From Camelus ferus (lineage: Eukaryota), in the NCBI RefSeq assembly GCF_009834535.1, contig NC_045696.1, positions 45,386,001-45,450,000 of the forward strand: a stretch of 64,000 bases of DNA, given 5' to 3'. Shown one piece after another: positions 53,570-64,000 of this stretch. The stretch's first letter is position 1, and each line of letters begins with the position of its first letter. A program made the translations under genes and the position numbers. The notes beneath the pieces were generated by a model that was not told where the DNA came from, made no database searches, and saw nothing but the letters and a program-made list of their open reading frames with translations.

Positions 53570-54030
53570 CCCTACTCTAGGCCTCCTCAGAAATACCTTA
53601 TTTCTAACAGAATCGTGATCATACCACTCTCTTTCTTAAAACTATTCAATGGCTCATTATTGCTCTTAAGATAAAGACTGAGTTTCTTAATGTGTTCTTG
53701 TCTCCTGCCTGGTTTGGCCCCAGATGACCTCTCCAGCGTCAAGTCACATTGAGATTCCCACATCTGTTCTCTACACTCCAGGCAGAGTGACCTTGCTGGG
53801 TCCTGCCACAGGGCCTTTGCACTTATTGCTCCAGCTTTCTGAAATGCTCTTCCTCTTTCCTCAGATATCTTAGCTCACATTTATCCTTAGGAAAGTTCTG
53901 ATCCAGTTAAATTAAATTAAATGCTTCCTAGAGATGCAATTAGAACATCATATAATTCATTTACATGTATTTGCATAATTATTTTTTAATGACTGTCTCC
54001 CTCTCTAGATGATAAGTTCTAAGAAATCAG
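53570..54030 (+). mobile_element. L2 fragment
   Basis: 'ttcaatggctcattattgctctt', 'cctgccacagggcctttgcactt'. Confidence 0.7.
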
Positions 54031-55409
54031 GTGGGTAAGAAATGCTCACCTTTGGATAACCAATCATTGATAGGCAAACAGACGACACATTAAACATTTA
54101 TGAAATGAAAAGATATATAGGAGAAATAGAAGCATAGCACTGAAAATTGCTATACACAGAGAGATACATTGGTATGTGTAAACACACACACATACAGTAG
54201 TTTTACAACTCTGAAGGCTATTAGAACACAGAAATGAAGCACAGGACTGTAAAAGGTCAGTAGGTCTTTCATGAAGACAGATAAAAAAGCCAAGGAAAGA
54301 GAACTGAACAGAAAGAAAAACACATAGGAAAAAAAATCCAGAATTATACAAAATTCTTTTACACTGACCATACAGCCTACGTTTACACAAAATAAAATAA
54401 TAAACACACTAATTACTAAATTATACTGTTATAGCTAAACCTGTGAAATGGAAATAGCATCATGATACAAAGACTTAATGCACCCTGTGCTTGAAGATTA
54501 CTTAAAAAAAAAAAGTCTGTTAGCTTTCTTTGACAGAAGAAAGTAAAACTGTGCTTTCTCCTGACTGTAGATAAACTTAAGAATTATTTGCAGCTAAAAA
54601 TTCTTAAGTGTTCTTACAAGTAGATAAGCCACCAACATCACAGGTGATGATAATTTGAGGTTATGATCATAATCTTGGTCTTTTTTTTCCCCAGGGAAAG
54701 ATTCATGACAGCTGTGTGCTAGCATATAGCAGGTATGTGCTGCATCTCAAACACCCCTACTTCACTTTCTTCTAGCGTCAAGGACAAATTTAATTTGTAG
54801 ACCCTGTCCTCTTCACCTCTAAGCTGACGGGAATAAAAGAGCCAATTTCAAATGGATTTTCAGCTTTCAAAATATGAAAGCATATAAGATATACTCTAAA
54901 AAACTTGATTTCAGAATATTGCTTCATACTAACAATACTTAATATTTTTAAATGTCAAATCGTTTTCTACTTCTCACTAAATATAAATAGACAGCCAACA
55001 GAAAAGGAAAATCACCATTAAAATGTGTGCTCTGCAGTATCAGACATTCACAAGATACTATGAACACAGGCATAGGCGTTTAAATAAATATTAGTAGCAA
55101 TGGAAAGACTATTTGATTTTCTTAGGTTGAAACTGAGTTATATTTACAAAGTAAAAACAAGGATTTCCACTGATAAATTTCAAAAGGCTTAATTACTCCC
55201 TGTATCATATTATTGATATACATATATAGTTTTGATTGACATGTAGAACACAGAATTTTTGTCATTTTCAATTTTGAGAATTACTCAGGTTACTAGAATA
55301 GTAAATCAGAACTTAGAATATGTTTTGTTTTTTTTTTTAAACTGTATACCTAGACTTTGGGCTGCTCAAGTGTAGTTAGAGTCTTACTTAACTTTTACGT
55401 CACATCTCT

Positions 55410-55800
55410 AAATAAAGTAAGTGGCGCTAACAGCTGTAACAAACAACATCAAAATCTCAGAGCCTTACCAAAACACAAGTTTGTTTCTTGCTTACAAAAA
55501 CCCAGCGCAGATGCTGCTGGGTTGGCAGATGCTGGGGTGACACTGAAGGGTGGGCCTCCTCTCCTGTAAGGGGTGACCTAGGGATCCTGTTCTTGGTATC
55601 AGCACCCCAAGTGACCTCCAAGATGGCTGCAAAAAGAGAAGAGCAGATGAAGAGTTGTGTGTGGGTACATGAGAGATTTCAATGAATCATATCTGGAAGT
55701 GGCACATATCATCTTCCTGGCCAGAATTTAGTCCTAGAGCCTCGCCCAAATACAAGGGGCTTGGAAATGTAATTTAGCTTTGCGACCAGACCCTAAAAAG
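55410..55800 (-). mobile_element. Old MaLR LTR (MLT1J/K-like)
   Basis: 'gctgtaacaaacaac..caaaatctcag..cttac.aaacaca', 'ctggaagtggcacatatca', 'ggaaatgtaatttagct'. Confidence 0.65.
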
Positions 55801-55949
55801 AGGAGGGGAAAAATGCTGATGAGCAGTCTCGGAAATTTCAGTCTCCCTTCCTTCCTCCCTTCCTTCCTTCGGAAATAAGAAATTATTCACGTAAATTTGT
55901 GGACAGAAGGGAAAACATTCGAATACCATTTAATTTTACATTTTCTTCC

Positions 55950-58900
55950 CTTCTAGCCCCTGGAACTTTTTTTTTTTCTATAGTAAATAAATGTAACTGC
56001 ACCCTCACTTTCTTCACAGGATACTTCTTTCGTTTCTTGCCTTACATGAAATCAGACTGTCTTTTGAGGATATCACTTCCCTGGAGCCTTCTTGAGTGGA
56101 GGCTACTAGTTCTTCTCTGTCCCACCCATCCATGAGTCCCAAGTTAGGAACTTCCACCTCTCTGATTTCTTATGCCACGTTTAAACCACTGCTTCTCCAA
56201 TTTCCAATGAAAACTCTTCTTTTAAAGTCCCATCACCAGGCTATGCCACCGCCTTTCCTCAAGTTAACAAAATCCTAAGCCACTCTACCTTTACTACGGT
56301 CTTCCTCCCAAGTCTTCAGGAGACTCCAGCATCCCTGTCATAGAGTTTATGAGCCTCGATGTCTTTCCCTTCATAATCCGGAAGCCCCTTCTCTCTACTC
56401 TGAACCAGGGTCTCATTATCTATAGTCACACTTGAAATTGCTTCACCCCTGAAACCTTTAAGAGCAGTTAATACCCCGTTCTTCCTTTGGCCTAGTGTCC
56501 TCACTTCCGATTCCACTCTGCCCATGCACTGACTTCTGGAGCTCCTCAGTACTTTTCAAAATACCATTTTTTCTTGCCTCTCTATAATCCCACTTTTTAC
56601 TCCCATTCTTTCTCTAACCACCCTAAACTCCATTAACCTATCCAGCTTCTTGATCCCTTTACCTTTTTCCTCCTTCCTTTTCACCAATTCTACTTCCCAA
56701 ACTCTGAACCAATCCAGCTGTCCACTGTTTCTGATTTGTGGTTAGTGATCGTGGAGGAAACCCATTTGTTCGAGGTGAGCATAGATCCATGGCCTTCAGC
56801 TTAGGAACAATTTAACATGGCTGTAACCGTTTTCTATTGCTGTGTAATGGAGTAATACAGCTAAGAACCATACACAATACCCATTTATTATCTCAAAGTT
56901 CTCAGGGTCATAAAAGTTTAGGCAGGCTTGGTTAAGTTCTCTGTGTAAAGTCTCACAAAGCTGCAACTAGGTGATGACCAGGATGGGCTCTGATCTGAAG
57001 GCTCTGGGGGAAGAATTTTCTTCCAAGCTCATTCAGATCAATGGGAGGACGCCACTCCTCTCAGTTGTAGGACTGAGGGCCCTATTTCCTTGCAGGGTGT
57101 TAGCGCAAGGCTGCTTGCAGCTATTAGAGGCCACATGCATTTCTCATTAAATAGCTCCATCTTCAAAGCCAGCTATGGCTTGTTGAATTCTTCTCGTACT
57201 TCAGATCCCTGTGAGTCTTGTGCACCAGCCTAGGAAACACTCCAGGTGAAAAAGGCTCACCTTTTAAGGCCTATCCAGATCATCTCTGTATCTTAGTCAA
57301 CTGACTCAGGCCTTTAATTATGTCTTCAAAATCCCCTGACAGCAGTACCTAAACTAGTGTTGGACTGAGTGACCAGGGAACAGTCATGGTGCCTTGAGGG
57401 ACAGTGTTTGGAGTTCGGCTTACCACCATAGCTCTGGTTGGCTCCAAAAACTCTGCTCCCAGATAGCTCTTCCAACCTGCCCAATGCCCCTATCTACCAG
57501 TGCGCCTCCTTATTCTCAGAACTAACCTTTTGCCTCTCCTTTTTCTGTACAGAGGAAATAGAAGTCAGTAGTTGAAGAGATGCCTACCAAAATTCTTGCC
57601 TAGTACTTGAAAACTACATAAATTATTTTTTCAGGGTTCAAAATATCCTAACCCCAACCAACCAGACTCTTATCCCTTCACGTTCTCCCTGAGTGGTAAC
57701 ACTCTACCTACTAAGCTCCCTCTCAATTAAATGCTTTCACCTGCGCGCTCTACCTCTTCTTTTTACCAAGTTTCCCCTTTATTTCCTTTCTGTTTATAAA
57801 CATATTCAACTTTCACATAAATAAAAACAAAGATAAAACAAAACAAATCCTTTTTATCTTTTCATCTCTCTCCAGCTATTGCTCCTTTTCTCTCCCTCCT
57901 TTCTTTGTCTGCATTCTCTGTTTCAATGTCTGCAGTATTGCCTAAGTTACTATTTCTTCTCCTGTAATTTCACTACTGCCTGGATCACTTCCCCCTCTTT
58001 GGTGAAGAAGTTCTTTATAAGGCTGTTAATACCCCTTTAGTCCACAACTAGTGGCTGCCCTTTAATACTTTTCATGGAAGACTTCTCTATGGCACTTGAA
58101 AATATCGATTATTCCTTGCCTTCTGAAACACTCTTTTCTGTAGTTTCCAGGATGAAGTTTGCTACTTTCCTCTTTATACTGTGGAGAGGCATCAAACAAA
58201 ACAAATAATTAGGGATAGGATACAATCTGACAAGTCAGGGATTTCTTCTAGTGAATATACTTACAATATAACTCTCTCTTTAGTTGACCCTGATACAAAA
58301 CTTGGAATGTTTATGGTATCAAAGATCGAAATAAACAACATCTTTTACAGTTAACAAAGCTAATTTCCTAGATGACTATGTTTCCTGTTTGATCAACTTT
58401 CAGACTTTTATTATTCCTGAGTCTTCTGGATACTGAATTGTCATGATGCTGCAGTGTCAAGAACGTGACCTCATGCAAGGCACATTATGATTGGAGGGTA
58501 GGGAATGACTCCCAGGACCTCATCTCCGAATCTTTGTCACTGAGCCTCTGGTCAGGCCACTCTTACTTGGTTATTTTCATGGGCAGCTCTTCAGCATTCT
58601 CTGTCATTGTTTCTAGAGGTCCTTTCCTAGGCCCTCATATCTCTTTTTACTTAAAAACAATTTTGTAAGATGATCTCACTCACTTCCATGGGTTTTTAAC
58701 TATCCCTATATCATTGAAATTTCTAATATCAGTATCTCTCTTTTGAGTTCAAAATCCCTATAATTCCTACTCATGCTGGACACATTCACATAAATATCCC
58801 ACATATGACTACAATTAAACAGTCTTGAAGTTGAACATTGTCTCCTCTGGGTCCTGTGGTCTCTCTTTTGGTGAATGCCATTCCCATCTATGAAGTTTAC

Positions 58901-59655
58901 CAAGCTACAAACCTGGAAGACTTTCCTGGTTCCTTCGCGTCATCACCTGGATCACCCCAATCACCAAGTCCTCTTGATTCTTACCCTTACATAGCACCCA
59001 GATTCATATTCTCCTCTCTGTTTGCACGGCCCCTGAATTGATCTGGACCTTCACCACTTCTGGCCCTGACTACCTTCACTTGTCATTGCTGGTCTCACCC
59101 CCAGGACTCTCCAACCAAGTCTCCTCTCAGCACTAAAGGGTCATTTCCAAAGGGCAATCTTCTCAAGTCACTCATTTTCTTAAAAATGTTCAGTGTTTCT
59201 TCAACGGCCTTCAAGGTAAGCCCTTCATTTGTAGCCAACATACAGCCTATCCTGACCTGCCCCTGATCATGATCCAGTCTCACCCCTCACCAGCGCCTCC
59301 CTCAGGAATACTGCTGTCTCTCTGACAGTGACTTGGAAGAGACATAGTATTCTCTCACATCTCTGGGCTTTTTCACTCATTTCTCCCCTTGGAGGCTAGA
59401 TTGTACCCTCTCTTTAAGATCCCATAGCATTTGACAGAGTTGGCTTTTTCAAACATTTTCTTCCCTTGCCCTTGGGGCACCACACTTTATTTTCTTCTTG
59501 GTATTTACCACTATGTGACACTGTAGGACACATTTGTAGTTTTACTTACTTATTGTTTACCTATCCCACTGGAATTTTTGATTCATGAAGGCAGAAACTT
59601 TAATTTGTTCACTGCTTTCAGCTCAATGCCTAGAATAGTACCTGGAACACAGTAA
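55950..59655 (+). mobile_element. Long degenerate L2 (ORF2 region to 3' end) with nested LTRs
   Basis: Extended C/T-rich L2-like DNA, 'gatgatctcactcacttccatgg', 3' end 'cctagaatagtacctggaacacagta'. Confidence 0.6.
56822..57427 (-). mobile_element. MaLR solo LTR (MLT1E-like)
   Basis: 'tttctattgctgtgtaa', 'ttccaagctcattcag', 'gttgtaggactgagg'; TSD atggc/atagc. Confidence 0.8.
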
Positions 59656-60639
59656 CACCCTTCCCTCCTCCCAGACATGTAGGGCACACAGACAGGAGCG
59701 CAAGGAAGAAGGCAGGGAGTTGGACAAGTGCATCTGCCTCTGGAAGCCAGCACACATTGTTCAGCTGAGAAGCCAGGGAACAGTTTCAAAGAACTTTAGA
59801 TAATAATGTCTAAGTTTTCAAAATTCTAGGAATAGAGATTCAGTAAGAAGAATAACTGTGTTCTCTCTGCCCTAAAATATCATTTAGCTCCATTGCTTCA
59901 TTAGCTTCACACTTATGATCTCTCCACCCAAGTATGGTCCTTGTAGAAATTGTGAAGTGGATACTTTTGTTGTTTGACATCCTCCCCCCAACTTCTCTGT
60001 CTGTGCTCTATTCCTGCTCTACCTGCCCTCAGACACCGGCCTTGAGGAGTGTTCCCCAGGAATTATCCTCAGCCAGGTGTCATGGTTGAAAAGAATCTGA
60101 TAAATTGATGTTTCTACTTCTACTAGCATTTGTATTTGAATGTAGAATGTAGGACTTTTAAAGACCCAAAATCTATCAAGTATCAAAGGAATCATAATGG
60201 AAAATATGCAATCTTTAAAATGGTGTTACAATTACTGGCAATGAAAACAGTTCATAGTATACTGCTAAGGGAAAAAGTGTTTCAAAAGAATATGTACAGT
60301 ACATTATTGTTTCCATCTTTTCTTTAAATGTAGTTTATATAAGTGTTTAACTGAAGTATCTAGGAAATGACTAGGTCAAATAACTAATATTTCCCTCATT
60401 AAAGCATTTTAATTCCAAAGAACTTATTTAACAAAGACATTCTAGTACAAAAGAAAATGTGCATATATTATAGGAAAACTTTTTTTTAATATAAATACAA
60501 TGAGATGCAACTGAGGAATATGTTACGTATTTGTCATAGTTTGTATTAGTCAAAACCATCTGGTTGTAATTGAGTATTTTATTTAGTGATATAAACACAA
60601 AACACTCATTTTTGTAAAGGGGAAAATTACCAAAGGTCA

Positions 60640-60925
60640 CACACATACACAAAAAAAGACCTTTACAAATGGAGCAAGTAAATGGAAGAGCTGGTAAGGG
60701 GAAAAAATGTAATCCTCTCAAAATTAATCTACAAGGTCAATATGCTTACAACCAATATTATAACTAGATTTTTCATGAAATAAATATGACAAGCTCTATC
60801 AAAATTCATACTGATGAATTAATGTCCAAAAATAGCTAATATAATTCTGAAAAGTGTAAGAAGGGGAGTTTGCCCTATCATATTTCCAAAATTATTATTA
60901 AGCTAAAGGAATATAACAATGTAAC
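60640..60925 (+). mobile_element. Ancient L1ME ORF2 fragment
   Basis: 'aaattaatctacaaggtcaat', 'tgacaagctctatcaaaattcata', 'ataattctgaaaag'. Confidence 0.55.
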
Positions 60926-61889
60926 CATTTCATTTTCTGTATAAGAAAAAATAAGAAAATAATTATTTTTCTGTGGTAGACTTTTAGAATAATTGACACA
61001 CGGGAAAGGGAAGGTGACAGGTCTCTGCATGCCCCCTTTTATTACACTCTATGACCAAAGTATGTTACATTTCATTCCAAATGCCTGAACTATCAAACAA
61101 ACATATCACTGGCTTTTATATATTTGGTTTGGGGCCTGTCCCTGTACTTGCCTACATCTTCTAATAACTTGGAGGCTATTGGGGAATATGTGAAATTCAC
61201 TTAAAAAGTGCTCAATCCAAATATATTAATAACAACAAAATAATGATTTACCTATTTTTGAAGAAACCATATAAATGAGTGTCCCAGAGTATACAGGTTT
61301 TATTATACTCTCCCTATTTTCCAAAGATGATGTATTTCTTGATGGTTCAACTGCTTTCTAGCTAGCAATATTCCTTTAATATAGCCACTGCCAAAATCCC
61401 GGACAAGGTGCCTCCCACCCTCCCCCACCCCTGGCCGCAGTTCTGTTACCGCCACCTGAACCCTACATCTTCCTAGCACTCTGGGTTACATCCCCAGTGA
61501 GAGCTGGTGGCAGGAGGGAAAGGAGCGGAAGGAGGGGGTCAACATCTCAGTATCCCTCCACTCTCCATCTCTCTACCACAGACCTGAGACTTTTAGGCAG
61601 CGCCTGAAGCTCACCTATCTCTTCATCCCATTTCCTCACCAACTTCACTCTGACTTGCTTTTCTTTACAAAAATGCCCCAAGGGTCTAAATACGATTTTC
61701 CCCTGAGAAGAATTTTAGTTTGTTTCTTTGTGTACTGTAGGTATGACATCTAGGTGAAAAATACAGAGAAGAGTTAAGAGTCACACAGAGGCCCTCTTAC
61801 TGGTTGTATGTTTTGTATTTTTTTCCCTAGCGGTAAAATAAACACGATAAAACAGCAAAGCTAAGAAAACCTCTAGAAGGTATTCTCTT

Positions 61890-62064
61890 GGGGGAGGGTA
61901 TAGCTCAAGTGGTAGAGCAGATGCTTAGCATGCAGGAGGTCCTGGGTTCACTTCCCAGTGCCCGCTTGAAAAATAAATAAATCTAATTACCTCCCCACCC
62001 AAGTAAAATACACAAATAACACAGTAATAAATAAAGTTTAAAAAAATTCCCTTACTTTCTTTAA
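61890..62064 (+). mobile_element. tRNA-derived SINE (Vic-1-like)
   Basis: 'gggggagggtatagctcaagtggtagagc...gaggtcctgggttcacttccc' head, AATAAA-containing tail, TCTTT, degenerate TSD aaggtattctctt/aagagtgttctctt. Confidence 0.9.
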
Positions 62065-62689
62065 GAGTGTTCTCTTTTCATTAGTGATGAAAAGTCAGGA
62101 AAAGGTTTATGAAATTGTGTACAAAAAGGAGAACCTCCCATTGGAAGCAACAGGTGGAGACAGAGGCACATTATCTTACCTTTCTGGAGGTGGGAAAGGA
62201 GTCAAAGGAAACATTAGAGCAATTATATCATGAACAGTGATGTGAACAGAGTCTCTTTTTATTTGAGTTAATTTTCTTGGAAATGTGACCTGGTAGAATC
62301 TCGCAAATGAATTGATTCAGGCAAACAATATTAATAGTACTATTCTTCTATTTTATGGGAACATTGTTTCCTATAGATTAACTATGGAAACAGAAAGAAT
62401 TACTACGGGAACTACTTTGTTGATAATGTTGTATTGGGAATGTGTGGTAGAGGCAGGATATTATCCTGCTCACTATCAGGGAAATGGGGAGCATTTTATT
62501 TTTTGTTTCCAGTTGAATTGTCTACAATATCTATAATGCTACTTGAACTACTTTGATTTCTTATTTTTTCACCTGAACAGATTTCCTGTCGTGCTGTTTA
62601 TATTTATCTTTAATTTTTGGTTATTTGTTTCTAACCCATATTCTCTACCTTCATTTCTATTGTTATGATTACAGGATCATGTCTCCTAT

Positions 62690-63455
62690 CAAAGGGCCGG
62701 ACAACCAGTGTGCTGGACTTCATTCCCTTTTCCCTTCTCCAAGAACTATCTGTCTCTTTTTCTGTTAAAAATTTCTCTCTCACTTTGGAGATTATTCCCA
62801 TGACCATACACATATATCCTCATTACTCTTCTGTTAACACACAACACACACACACATTCTCTCTCTCTCTCTCTCTCCCCCCACACCTGCCTTGGCCCCG
62901 TATCCCCATCCAATTATTTTTCCATTTTTTTAATACACTGTTACAGCAAAACTTATTTCACCATCTAATTTTACATCTCACTTACATCTTCAAATCACAT
63001 TAAAGCTTCTATTTCCACCACTTGAGAAAATCCCCAAAGACTTCCATGTTGCCACAAATCACTGGTCACATTTCTGTCTTCATCTTAATCAATCTCATGC
63101 CAAAGTTTTATAGAGTTGACCCTATTCCTTCTATTTTAGAGTCTTTCAATATTTGGCTTCAGTGACATCCTATTCCTGGTTTTTTTTCCCCCTTTAATCT
63201 CTATAATCACTTCCTCCTGGGCTCCTTTGCTGGAGCCTGTTTGACCTCTACCTGTGGTGCCCAAGGCCTTCGTGATGCACACCCTTCACTTCTTTGGCCA
63301 CATCTATTTCTGTATCATCTTATCAAATCTTATGACCTTAAATACAATTTATATTCTTCATAATGTCAACATAGTATTTCTAACACTAATCTTTCCTGAG
63401 AATGCCAGATTAAAATACCCAGCTATTTACTTAAAAAGCTTTAATTTGTTGTCCA
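62690..63455 (+). mobile_element. L2 fragment with (CA)n(CT)n microsatellite at ~62837-62876
   Basis: 'gacttccatgttgcca.aaatcactggtca', 'cttcagtgacatcc', 'gtgcccaaggcc'. Confidence 0.65.
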
Positions 63456-63459
63456 ATTC

Positions 63460-63660
63460 AGTGCTTCTCAAACTTTCTGTGTCAAATTTTTTTTAATTTA
63501 AAATTTTTTTTTAAATTTCTAAATTCATTATAGACCAATAGTTTTGTAAAAGTCAATGAAAATAAACTAGAAAAATAAAATAAAGAAAAAGCACATAAAA
63601 AATACAAGCCACCCCCCTTTTAAAATTACATCCAAAAGACCTAAGATTACATTTCAATAA
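63460..63660 (+). mobile_element. hAT-Charlie MITE fragment (same family as 3372-3666)
   Basis: 'cagtgcttctcaaactttctgtg' terminus; 'aatgaaaataaactagaaaaataaaa' parallels the copy at 3372. Confidence 0.6.
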
Positions 63661-64000
63661 GTGTAATTAGAACAAGAAAAGCATAGGAAAAAAGAATTCC
63701 AAAAACTATACATTGTATTTATCAAATGTGTGCAGATAGGTGATTAATAGACAGTTGCTTCAACACTCGTGATTTTTACTCTGAAATTATCATAATCAAA
63801 AATTAAGAGTGAAATAGTGATTCCTCACATTAAATTTCCTACTAGTAGACTTTGAACATACAAGTATATCACTATTTAAAATTTTTAACTTGACAAATAA
63901 GCTTGCCTCTTAACTAGTTTATTTTAGATTGACGACAATTCTGTCAGCAGATTATATATATGTTATATATTATATTAGTACTATATATACATTTTATTGT

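Noticed and set aside
61890..61965. tRNA-Ala-like gene
   Set aside because: Acceptor stem does not close; it has a SINE tail and TSD, so it is a SINE. The same applies to 42890-42962
1..64000. CRISPR array, operon or other prokaryote-like or horizontally acquired system
   Set aside because: No regularly spaced repeats, no long intact ORFs and no compositional island; the sequence is uniformly mammalian

Overview
AT-rich, CpG-depleted mammalian DNA, intergenic or deep-intronic. Two tRNA-derived SINEs match the Vic-1 type, and I saw no Alu, Bov-A/BovB, PRE1 or CAN SINEs, so the source is probably a camelid (inference). Much of the window is decayed transposable elements: L1 of several ages, L2, CR1/L3, MIR, MaLR/ERVL/ERV1 solo LTRs, and hAT and Tigger MITEs. 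I could not identify any host protein-coding gene, RNA gene, CpG island or prokaryote-type system. The only ORFs with recognisable homology are broken L1 ORF2 and CR1 remnants. The most notable structures are: a TSD-flanked chimeric retroposon (L1 fragment fused to a non-L1, 3'UTR-like sequence, 8962-9372); two twin-primed 5'-inverted L1 insertions; a microhomology-bounded deletion in an L1 RT domain; a phase-compatible chain of candidate minus-strand exons in the first 6.3 kb; and several CTCF, HNF1 and non-B DNA motifs. Repeat family names come from recalled consensus sequences, not a database search. Boundaries of old elements are approximate.
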